Shown piece after piece: positions 1 to 10,474 of a DNA stretch of 38,147 bases. The position numbers were made by a program, and so were the translations under genes. Positions within the stretch are counted from its first letter, which is position 1; each line of letters begins with the position of its first letter. This DNA is from Dicyema japonicum (Eukaryota; Animalia; Dicyemida): the NCBI GenBank assembly GCA_011109175.1, contig RDEW01000088.1, forward strand, positions 25,135 through 63,281. Direction: 5' to 3'. A model generated the notes under the pieces. The model ran no database searches, was not told the origin of the DNA, and was given only the letters and a program-made list of their open reading frames with translations.

Positions 1-935
1 TTTCTAAAGATTAAAAAATTTAAAACCCCGAATTGAATTCTTTATATCTGCATGTTCTTTTTTTCTAAAAATATTTAAATTATTCGACCAAAATAATTTA
101 TTCCAAAAAGTATTGTTACAATTAATTCTCTGGTTTTATTTTTCTACAGTTTAATGGAAAATAACTTATAACTTTGTCCATAGTTTCATTTTCTAACAAT
201 AAAATTGAAATATTACCTGATATTACAGATAAGATACAAACACTGAACACCTGCAGTAGAATCATTAATTTATAACGGCAGAATGACATATATTCATATA
301 AATTATCATAATTAATGGAAATCCGTGATCTAATTACTTTTCTCAATTGTCTTCAAAAGACGGAGGGAAATGGGGTTATACTTCTTTAATTTATATGGTC
401 TGAGATCTATGCTTAATATTAACCATCGTTGATGCCGATCCAAGACATGGAAGCCAATGAATTGAAGTTTTTTAATCGTGGTCATACAACAAAATAGTCT
501 GAGGGTTGGAGTATACCTGAAATCTGGAAATATGATGTTTCTATTGTTGTACTTGTGACAAGATTGTCGACCTCCTCTCTTGCAGTCAGAATTTTGGAAA
601 ATACATCGACACTAGGAAATTCCTTTGTTCTGAACATAAATGCCTACATTCCCGCACTTATCGATCGTGATTCCAAGGTATGCCTCTTTCTGAAGAGTGG
701 AAACAAATATCAAAAATCTTGATTAAAAACTAGTTGTGTTATCTGAAGCGTGTTGGAAGCGAACAATCTTTGAACAAGTAACAAATAATGTGATAAGGTC
801 AGAGGTGTAAATCGGTTACAGGTCCAAAACAATTTTTTGAATAATTTATTTGAATTAACTCAATAAATTATGTCTCAGGACAACTTTACGTTCTAGGTGG
901 GTGCCGTTTTGTAATATCCGCCTACTTCTCACATG

Positions 936-3385
936 TTAATTATTATTATTAAACACCAAGACCACGGTAAAAACCGAACAAAAGTCACGTGATCCCGATG
1001 CACTCAACCAGGACCGCATCCTCGCTCGGTGCTCTTCCCACGAGCCCACACAAGATCGTACCGGGCGGCTAGCCGGTTTCCCCGCGACATTGGCCGGCAA
1101 TCTGGAGGTCTGCTTAATCAGGTCCTCCAGAGGAGCCGGTCCGGAGCGTTTGTTAACGTGCGACCAACGTTCGGTTAATCTGTAGGCCCTTTGTTGGGCC
1201 TCCTCGATTCGCCTCCTGTTGGTCCAAGATAGCAGCGGTCCCCAGGATGCGCAGGCGTAGGAGATGGACGGTTCAAAGTATTGGCGATAGATATTCGCCA
1301 ATACCGGGTGAGAACCGTTTCTCCATAAACCGGATAGACTTCGGAGTATGTTCGTTTTCTTTTCACATTTGCGAAGTAGGTTGTCTGCGTGCGGCGAGAA
1401 GCAGAGGTGCATGTCAAGGGTAACCCCTAGCACCGTCTGACTTCTGGTGAAGGGAATGGGCACGTTGTTCAGCGTCAAATCGACTGTCTTCCTTCCCAAT
1501 CTTTTATCAGATGTGAAAAGGGACGTTGCGGACTTCGCAGCGTTTACGACGAGTCGGTTATCCGCTAGCCAAACGTTGAGCCGATCCAAGTTGGCTTGGA
1601 GCCTTTCAGAGGCCTTCTGGATGTCCCGGTCCCGTGAGGCCAATACGATGTCATCCGCATAAGATAGGATAACATCATTATTGTCGATGGGTTGGCGGGA
1701 GATCTTCCAGGAAGAGGTTGAAGAGTGCCGGGGATAAGGGGNTCCTTCCCAATCTTTTATCAGATGTGAAAAGGGACGTTGCGGACTTCGCAGCGTTTAC
1801 GACAAGTCGGTTATCCGCTAGCCAAACGTTGAGCCGATCCAAGTTGGCTTGGAGCCTTTCAGAGGCCTTCTGGATGTCCCGGTCCCGTGAGGCCAATACG
1901 ATGTCATCCGCATAAGATAGGATAACATCATTATTGTCGATGGGGGGCGGGAGATCTTCCAGGAAGAGGTTGAAGAGTGCCGGGGATAAGGGGGATCCTT
2001 GGGTACACCGTTGGGCAGGAGTCGAGACGTAGACTTTAGGCCGTCGAGGCACACCCTTCCCCTTCGTCCACTTAGGAGGTTGGTGATCCATAGTTTGAGT
2101 TTCGGCGGAAATTCTGTTTGGAATATCTTCCTTGATAGGAGCTTCCTCGAGACAGAGTCGAAGGCTTTGTGTATATCAACAGAACAGAGCACAGTCTTTA
2201 AGTGTCTCGGTTTGCTTGCAAAACCAGTAATGAAGTCCGTCAATGACTGTAAGTATGTGGACGTGGACTTAGCCTTTTTGAACCCATGTTGGAAAGGCCT
2301 TTCTGGTAAAAACTCTTCTATTCTTCAAGCACCATCCTTTCCAGGATTTTAGACATGGAGCATAGCAGGGAAACCGGCCTGAAAGATGCCGGGTCGTCTC
2401 TTGGTCTTCCAGGTTTCAGAATAGGCCTTATTAGTGCCTGTTTCCATAATGAAGGAATCACATTATGGTTGATCGAATAGTTGAAGATTGCTGTTAGAAA
2501 TGTGACATCTTCGTCACCAAGATTTTTAAATAGAATGACGAGTATTTTGTCTTGGCCGTGAGCGTACGTCGTTTTTGTGAAATGTAAAGTATTCATCACC
2601 TCTTTTGCCAAAAAAGGAGAGGTGCCGGCCGTTTCTTAAAACTTTGAGGGGAGTGCATCCGATTTTCTGTTCTCCTTGTGAGCTATTTTCGCGGCCTGAA
2701 TCGGCCGTCAGAGGGGACGTGAGGTCCCTCAAATGGATTGGCTTTATGCCATCCATCCACCACTGCTGCTGAGTGACCTCGGAGGTAGTTGAATGTGAAA
2801 CATCCGCGGAGCACAGTTCGGCAGTCATTCGGAGGTCTTTCGGGGCGCTCGGATGCTTCCGACACAATTCTGTATAAACGGTTTAGGAAGGGGGTGCCAC
2901 AGGCGTGTTTGATGGAATTACCCGAACAGCCCCACCGACGTCACTTGCAGCAGTTTACTTCGGACAGCCCGCATCATAGATGAACAATCTATCTCGTGCG
3001 AAGTGGCACAGGACTCCCCGTTCCGTGGTTTGAAAAATATGGGATCACCAGATAACCAGTTCGGGTCAAAATCAGAATGAACAAAACAGGCGTTTTTAAC
3101 CCGCTGAGCAGGAGAAACCTTTCGGGCATCACGTGATTGGACAGAACTGGAACCCAAACAAGAGGGAGCAAAACAGAAGAGCTTAAACCAAGCTTCCGGA
3201 GAATCGGACGACGAAGCCTGATCAATAATAAAAAAATGGACCTTCGCGACTGAGAGTCTCGCTGACTTCGGAATTCTCACCAGAACATGCGAAGAGAACT
3301 GAAAGGAAGAAAGAAGGCAAAGGAATAACTCAGTATCCAAGCACTGGGAAGTAGGAATCGCAGCAGCGGGACAAATAGAACAATT
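936..3385 (-). mobile_element. Non-LTR retrotransposon (APE-type LINE, I/Jockey-like), frameshifted
   Basis: RT motifs across frames: PASFRPVSLLCSMSKILERM, VDIHKAFDSVS, (VP)QGSPLSPALFNLF, SYADDIVL, LGVTLD. The 3' end on the minus strand finishes in (AAT)n at ~936-953. Possible degenerate endonuclease text (HSDFDPNW...GDPIFF...HEID) at ~3000-3100. 5' boundary approximate. Confidence 0.85.
1490..1993. repeat. ~252-bp direct duplication on either side of N1742 (probable assembly overlap)
   Basis: 1490-1741 is repeated at 1743-1993 with only a few differences, and the junction is exactly the N. Confidence 0.9.
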
Positions 3386-3391
3386 CTGTAT

Positions 3392-3922
3392 CCAGATTCA
3401 AAGAGGTCCCTATGTCAAAAGATGCAATTTTTCGAAGAATTCAAGATATGTCTGGTGATATCTTGTCTCAGATTGTTCATCGTATTAACTGCAGTTCTTT
3501 CCCGATAAGCATCCAGTTCGATGAATCGACCGATATAACTTCGATTTGTCAGTTGGTTTCTTTTGTACGTTTTGTCGAGGCAAACGAGATCGTCGAGGAT
3601 TTTCTTTTTTGTATTGAACTTGATGGAAGAACACGGGAACTGTATATCCATTACTCAGTTAAGCACTAGAGACGGCAATGTCATATCTGTGTGAAAGGGC
3701 AATGTCACATCTTGCATATTTAAAGTCAAGGTATCGAAATCGTCTTAAAGTAGAAGATGATTTGCGTATTACCCTATCTGAGACAAAGCCGAACATTGAT
3801 ATTTTAATCTCTAACACGATTTGCTTTAATTCTTGATTAAGATAAAATCGATACTAGGGAGTCCCTGAAATTTTTTTAAAAGCACTTTGGGGGTCCCCAT
3901 CAAAAAAGGTTGAGAAACGCTG
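3392..3922 (+). mobile_element. Buster-type hAT remnant (internally deleted, 5' end missing)
   Basis: VPMSKDAIFRRIQDMS...IQFDESTD...FVRF...EDFLFC; C-terminal RYRNRLKVEDDLRITLS; terminal GGTTGAGAAACGCTG followed by ccaTAaat. Confidence 0.85.
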
Positions 3923-3989
3923 CCATAAATATTACCAGTAAAGTTTTTTTACTCTTCTATTATGTATCTTTTGATCTTTTTTATCGTAT

Positions 3990-4450
3990 TCATTAATTAT
4001 CGCCACGAGTTCTCGGTGCCTATCTTTCACAATATATTTTTGTGCAGATATCTCGTCATATAATGGGTATTTTCTAACCAGGGTTTGAATCTCAATCATG
4101 GCATATTAAAACTTCATCGCCACTTTCAATTTCATCATGTTTCCATTTTCTTCGCTTTTTCATCTTTTCTCCCAATTTTACAATATTTGCGAAGGCTATT
4201 TTCCTTTTTGCTAGAAAATACCCTACTTCAATGAATTGTAACTTAAGTTCAACGTTTTCGATACAAAAGAAACGTAACTTTAAGCCATTTTTCGTAATGT
4301 AGGTGTTGTTCTCTTTGAAACTGAATTTTTTGGCAATATCTTCGTATTTGTGGCCTTTCTTCCGAACTTATAAAATCATCAAAGTGGCCTGATTCCCAAT
4401 ACACCCTAATTTTTTCGAGGATATTTCGATTTATTTCTACTAAAACCATT
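3990..4450 (-). pseudogene. Possible C-terminal tail of a Gypsy/Ginger-like integrase, degenerate
   Basis: The minus strand reads KKRRKWKHDEIESGDEVLICHD...KYIVKD with stops. Resemblance only; no catalytic motif seen. Confidence 0.25.
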
Positions 4451-4539
4451 GATTAATGATAATCTTTTCACGCCTCGGCCGGTCTGGACGGTAACAAAAT
4501 AATATATAACAATGTAGATTTCAAAAGTTAGCGATTCTC

Positions 4540-4920
4540 TCTTCCGCATCTTCTCACAGCTCGGCCGCGGCTTTGGCGGAAACCCACAAAACCGAGAAGT
4601 ACTAACAACTTGCCATCCAACATTCCTTTTGTCCATCTCGCTTTTAAGACCTCCGGAGCCTTCGACCCGCAAACATCGAAATTCCTGAAAGACGTCGGCC
4701 TCCTTATCGCTCGCAGGAAAATGGACAACGCGAATCCTCTTGGCTGAGACAGAGGATGTTGCTTACAATTGTGTTCGGCAACGTGCAAGCTATCCGTTTG
4801 GCTGGGATCTAGCCGTTCTCTGCAATGCTCGCAGATCGAGCTCGTCTTTCTTTTTATTTAATCTCATGATGATTTCAAGATAACAATAAAATTATTTTAA
4901 ATTTATATACAAAAAAAAAA
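4540..4920 (+). mobile_element. 3' fragment of a CRE-clade non-LTR retrotransposon
   Basis: AAALAETHKTEKY, FVHLAFKTSGAFDPQTSKFLKDVG, ESSWLRQRMLLTIVFGNVQAI*; AATAAA at 4885-4890 and A10 at 4911-4920. Confidence 0.75.
4911..4920 (-). terminator. Pol III T-run terminator of the tRNA
   Basis: T10 on the minus strand, starting 1 nt after the tRNA discriminator base. Confidence 0.75.
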
Positions 4921-4921
4921 T

Positions 4922-4994
4922 CGACCACGATGGGACTCGAACCCACAATCTTCTGGTTCGAAGCCAGACACCTTATCCATTAGGCCACGCGGCC
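4922..4994 (-). tRNA. tRNA-Arg (anticodon TCG)
   Basis: 73 nt GGCCGCGTGGCCTAATGGATAAGGTGTCTGGCTTCGAACCAGAAGATTGTGGGTTCGAGTCCCATCGTGGTCG. Acceptor stem GGCCGCG/CGTGGTC, anticodon stem TCTGG/CCAGA with loop CTTCGAA, GTTCGA T-loop. Confidence 0.97.
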
Positions 4995-5322
4995 TTTTAT
5001 ATGGAACGTTAAATGTCATCAGACTTTACCTTGATGATTTAAAAATCAAAACATCCTGTACTGTAGATATTACAAAACGCATGTGTCAGGCATCTCTACG
5101 TTGTTCCAGTCTGTTTTTTAATATACAGCGATACAAATAAAAAACGGAACAGCCAATTTCTCAATTTCTTTCTATATAATGCTTAAGTTCTTTTAATAAA
5201 AAATCGAATTTCAAGCTTTAATCTTAACTTTTGCCTTTTATAAAAATCCAAACGTCAAAGATTTTAATATGTATTTAAACCAAATTTTTTTCAAACAAAA
5301 TAAAAAAGAGAACAATGGTAGT

Positions 5323-6305
5323 TCAAAATTTAGTATGACCCCCCTGAGCATTAATTGCGTCTAAAATTCTGTTCCGCATTGTTCCAACAAGGGATGTCGC
5401 ATATTCTATTGAAAGATCATTCCAAATATTTTTTAATTCCTCAAATAGGTCACTCTTTTTTTTAAATTCAGTCCCTTTTATTTTATGTTTCATGAAGGCC
5501 CACACGTGCTCGATTGGATTCAAATCGGGACTTTGAGGCCATTGTAATAACTCAATTCGGTGTTCATTAAAAAAATCTTTAGCCACCTTGCATGTGTGCT
5601 TTGGATCATTATCTTGCTGATAAATTGGAGACCGGATTCCGGTTTTCTCCAAAAAAGGCAACAAATAGTCCGCCAAGATACTTACATATAAGTTCCCATT
5701 CATAATTCCCTTTATCCAAACAAGTTCCGAAAACATTCCGATGTAAATGCGCCCCAAACCCCAAACCATTTTTCGCTTAAAAGCCTTTGTCCCCTTTTTC
5801 TCCAGACAAATTTTCTTCCATCGGGATTAAATAGATTGAATTTCGATTCATCACTAAAGATAACTCGATTCCAGAACACATTCGGCAACATGTTCCACTT
5901 AATGCACTGAGAAAGTCTAGTCTTTTTGTGTTTTTTCGACAGATATGGCCTTTTCGTAGGCTGAAACGTCGATATGTTCAGTCTTTTCAAATAGTTCCTC
6001 ACTGTCTGTGATGTGACAGCAGTTCCCGTTTCAGAACGTAAAATTTCCGAACACTTTACGGAATTGAAATCAACGTCAGTTTTTTGTTCACGTTGAATTA
6101 TTCCGAGATCATCAGAGTTAAGTTTAAATCTTCGTCCTGAGCCTTTTTTTCTCTGGAAGGAATCATTCATGGTGAAGTTTCGAATGACTCTCGAGATGGC
6201 ACTTAGAGATCTTCCGGTCAAATTTCTTATTTCCCGATATGACTTTCCGACTTTATAATACGTAATAATTTCTGCTTTTTCTTGTAATGTAAGTTGTAAA
6301 ACCAT
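5323..6305 (-). pseudogene. Tc1 transposase (frameshift near 5740)
   Basis: Paired-like HTH MVLQLTLQEK...GSGRR; [30 protein letters not shown]; C-terminal GGHTKF*. Confidence 0.9.
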
Positions 6306-6328
6306 GTAACAAGAATCAACACGTGTAA

Positions 6329-9300
6329 CGTTGTGTTGTTGTTGCTCTTGTTGTTCATTCTTTTTTTCCCATATCAATTCTTTCTTCTCACATCTATTCT
6401 TCGATCCTTTCTATATAATTCTTATTCTTTTTCATATCATCCTTTATTAATCGCCTACCTATGAACTCATCCCACATCGAATCGTTTCCCAAATTCCAAT
6501 GCTTTATTTGTATGTCCAATAACACTCGCAAGAAGGCGAGGAGGTATTTTAACTGCCGGAGAGATGTCCACCTATCTTGTGCGGCTTAACCAAGTTATCA
6601 TCTGCGGCCCTCGCTATCTGGAAATCCGACGTGTCTGAGTGTTTGTCTCCTGAAGCCAGTACCCCTCAAAATCCCCCACCTCCGTCTTGCCTGGCTGTTC
6701 GTGACATCCCCTTCGAGGATGTGTTATCCACTGTTGCCGGTCTGCGCTGTGCACGGGAGATATGCATAAAAATTCCGAAAGCAGTTAGGATTGCCGTCGC
6801 AGACTCGCTCACTAAGGCCATTGTTAACGACATTGATTCTGAGCAGCTACTGATTGGTTGAAATTATTTTGCTTCGGTTCCATGGATATTGGCACACCTC
6901 ACAGGAAACCTAATTCAAGGCCGCGCGATTCATAGATCTCGTTATTAAGGGAAAATCTCATTCCTTTTGACGAAAACCCATACACAGTTCTTCCCATTCC
7001 CCCCGTTGTACCTGAGCCGCCTCCAAGGAATAAGCCTAAAAATGCTAACCTTCGTAATAAAGTCCACGCCAAGCTTATGGAAAATGATGTTAAAGCAGCT
7101 GTCCGCCTTGTGGCTTCCGATGACATTGTTCTACCTCCGTCGGAAAAGGTTCTCGAATCACTCAAACTAAAACACCCGGTGGTCTCCGCCGACCTCCGCG
7201 CTTTGCCGGTCTTCTCTGGAACCCCTACACATTCGTTTACACCCTCGGAGATCTTAAGCTGCATCGCGAGTTTCCCTCTCAGCAGCAGTGGTGGCGTGGA
7301 CGGTCTCCGTCCTGGCCACTTACGCGATCTGACGTCCCCGGTTACAGGCGAGGCAAGAACCCGCCTGCTGAAGGCAATCACTGCCCTTTGCAATCGGTTT
7401 TTCTCCAGCGACATTATCCCGTATGCAGGTGACTTATTCTTCTCTGCCAATCTCACTGCCTTGAGGAAGACTGATGGAGGAGTTCGCCCCATCGCTGTTG
7501 GAAATGTCTTCAGGAGGCTGGCTGCTTAGCTTGCCTGCAGGCTCGTCTCTTCTGATCTTGGGCCATTTTTCGAGCCTGTTCAACTTGGAGTTGCTGTCAG
7601 GAATGGATGTGAGGCTGCCGCCCATGCCCTGAGATCTTATATCTCCAATGCGTCAGCCGATTCTTGCCCTGAAAGAGCCCTTCTCAAGCTCGATATAAAG
7701 AACCCATTCAACTGCATCCCCCGGGATCACTTCCTTTCAGTTGGCCACGACCATTTCCCTATTTTGTACCCCCTGGCGCTCTTGTCCTACGGAAGACCCA
7801 GCTCTCTAATGTTCGGATCTAATATTATCCCCTCATGTACGGGAGTTCAACAGGGCGATCCCCTAGGACCCCTCCTCTTTGCTTTGGGCATCAATGGAAT
7901 AGCCCAGTCGGTTTCTTCTGAATTGAATATTTGGTATCTGGATGACGCTACTATCGGCGGCTCCCCAGATTCAATTTTCAAAGACGCTCTATCGTTGGCA
8001 CCCGCACTTCTCAAGATAGGACTGGAGATTAACTGCACCAAATCTGAATTAGTCAGCCTCAACCTTGCTAATGAACGCTTTGACCATCTATTATCGTCCC
8101 TCCGCGCTGTCTTGGCCAGTACGCACGACTGATGTCAACGATCTCGGATCCTCGGATCTCCCATTCTATCGACCGCTATTAAGAGTGATCTTCGCATTAA
8201 ACATTCCACGCTTACTTGTTTGCTGGACCGCCTCACAACTTTGGACAGCCACGTCGGCTTGTTTCTCGCGAAAAACTTCTTCGCCCTGCCTAAATTACTC
8301 TACTCCCTCAGAAGTGCACCATGTTACTGCATGAGGACATTCTCACTGATCTCGATGACTCCCTTCGTTCGAAGATCGAATCTATATGCAATGTCGAGTT
8401 TGATTCTTTGGGATGGAGTCAAGCTTCACTCCCTATACGCCACGGAGGCCTCGGACTCCGGTGCCCGAATGATGTCGCACTGCCTGCGTACCTTTCGTCA
8501 CTTTCTTCATGCCGAAACTCATGGGCACGGTTCTCTCAACTGATTTTGAACATTACGTGCCCTCTGAGTTATCTTCGGCGGCCGTGAAGTGGCACTCGCT
8601 AGGATTGGAAATCCCGGAGCCTCCGTAAAGGCAAATTGATTGGGATAAAATTCGCCTTCAATCCCGTATTAAATCGTTCCGCACATCTCTCGACCAACAT
8701 CGTCTGGCCTGCTTTGAGACGGCCTGTCGTCCTCACAGCGGAGCCTGGCTAAATGCCACTCCACTGCCAAGTATTGGGAACCTTCTGGACAATGAGTCCG
8801 TGCGGACAGGAGTCTGTTTACGCCTCGGTCTTCGCCTATGTGAGCCACATGTCTGCCGCTGTGGCGTAAAAATCTGTCGCTTTGGTCTGCACGCCTTATC
8901 GTGTAGACGCAGTGCTGGCCGTTTCCCGCGGCTCTAAATGACCTTATCAGGAGAGCTTTGGAAGTCGCCGGAATCCCCTCCATACTTGAACCCACTGGGA
9001 TCGATCGGGGGATGGGAAGAGACCGGACGGGATCACTGTGTTCCCCTTCAACAGAGGGAAGCCACTTACCTGGGATGCCACATGTGTGGACTCTTTCTCG
9101 CCTCAGAACCTGCTGACGTCCGCATCCGCCCCTGGATCTATCGCCACAACTGCGAATGCAAAAAGATGCGGAAGTACTCTTCACTTATGGAGAAGTTCCA
9201 ATTCCTTCCATTCGCAGTTGAGACATCTGGTTCCTTGGGGGAAAGGCAATCAGCTTCGTTCAGGAGATCGGGTCCCGCATGTCCGCTCTCACAGGCGACG

Positions 9301-9444
9301 CCCGCGAATCGAGATGGTTTTTCGAGCGGATATCCCTTGCGATAGTACGCTCTAACTCTTTCTCGATCGCGTCGGCTTCTCGCCCGCCTAATTAATCAAC
9401 ATTAATTTTGTATTTTGTAATAAACTAAATCTATCACAAAAAAA
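6329..9444 (+). mobile_element. Full-length (~3.1 kb) CRE-clade non-LTR retrotransposon (PHD-RT-Zn-RLE), with frameshifts
   Basis: SSGGVDGLRPGHL, GGVRPIAVGNVFRRL, GVQQGDPLGPLLF, WYLDDATIGG, CEPHVCRCG, RPDGITVFPFNRGKPLTWDATC, FAVETSG; AATAAA plus A-tail; 11-bp TSD AACACGTGTAA at 6318-6328 and 9445-9455. Confidence 0.93.
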
Positions 9445-10474
9445 AACACGTGTAATAAAATAAAAATTGGTTTAAAAAACTCTGTAAAAATAGAGAAAAT
9501 CTGTAAATTTTATTTTGTTCTCTTTTTTATTTTGTTTTGGACAAAACTGGATTTAATTACGGTCCGAAATATAAGTTGTTTTTATTTTTTTAAAGGCTAA
9601 AGTTATGTTTGTATTCTAAAAATTCTATTTTTGTTAAAATAAATCAATCATTCAATAGAAAAAATCGAGAAAATGAGTGTTCCGTTTTTATTTGTATCGC
9701 TGTATATCTAAATAACATTTAAAACTAAAAAATATGTTTAACTATTCGAATCCTAGACAATGTACCCCATTACAAATAAGCATAATACCTGCGCCAACAT
9801 ACGAGAATTGGAGGCGCTAGACAATGGGATCAATGCAGCTTTATCTGATTATATGCGAGATAATTTCAAACAGAACTCAGTGCAGGGTCAGTCACATCCC
9901 ACGCTCCCGTACCGGGTGTTAAATAAAATTAAGTTCAAGCGCCGGCTGTCCAGACTTCGGGACAAATGCGTCTACGAGGAAAACCGTGTCTGGTTTCGCG
10001 GCTGGATTTGCCGGCTTCAGAGGGAGATCCGGAGTGAAATCCGTGAACTCGAAAGTTCACGGTGGGAGCGGGCCTGCAGAAGAGTGCACCCGCGCTTTCC
10101 GGACTTCTGGAAACAATTGAAGAGCCTGTCGGGGAGAGGGGAGGCAAAGGACTTAAGCGCTCTGATGGAACCCTCGTCTCGGACCCGGTTGAGGTGGCTG
10201 AAATATTTTCAACCCACCAGGCAGATATTGTCGTGGGACAAGCGCTGCCTGCTGACATATCAAGGGACGATGCAGATGAAATTTCCGAAGCGGAGATTCT
10301 GGCAGCGATCTTCCGAAGTAAGAACATCGCAGCGGATTTGGATCGGATCCCTATGGCCGTGTTGATCACCGCCTTGCAGGTTCTTGTTTAGCGGGAGCTT
10401 GCGACTTGGATGATTCCTTCTAGGTGAAAGTGGCTGAGGTAATCCTTATCGGAAAACCCGGCAGGCCTCATGAT

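Larger units (their letters stand above)
5126..9702 (-). mobile_element. Tc1-family DNA transposon with ~190-bp IR/DR-type TIRs, interrupted by a CRE element
   Basis: TA-CAGCGATACAAATAAAAA(A)CGGAACA at 5124 and its reverse complement ending 9702-TA. Inner repeats at ~5292-5315 and ~9515-9540. About 1450 bp once the insert is removed. Confidence 0.92.

Noticed and set aside
120-900. Possible minus-strand micro-intron gene (open stretches such as FPSVDVFSKILTAREEVD and SMSWIGIND, several GT-AG candidates)
   Set aside because: No recognisable family and no single consistent exon chain; the plus strand is partly open too.
2864-3391. 12-bp direct repeat ACAATTCTGTAT at 2864 and 3380 as a TSD
   Set aside because: The enclosed 504 bp looks like part of the LINE, with no tail or TIR; a chance match is plausible.
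5323-9390. Programmed frameshifting or editing to explain broken ORFs
   Set aside because: The shifts are scattered, mostly in homopolymers, and mixed with stops; decay or sequencing error is simpler.
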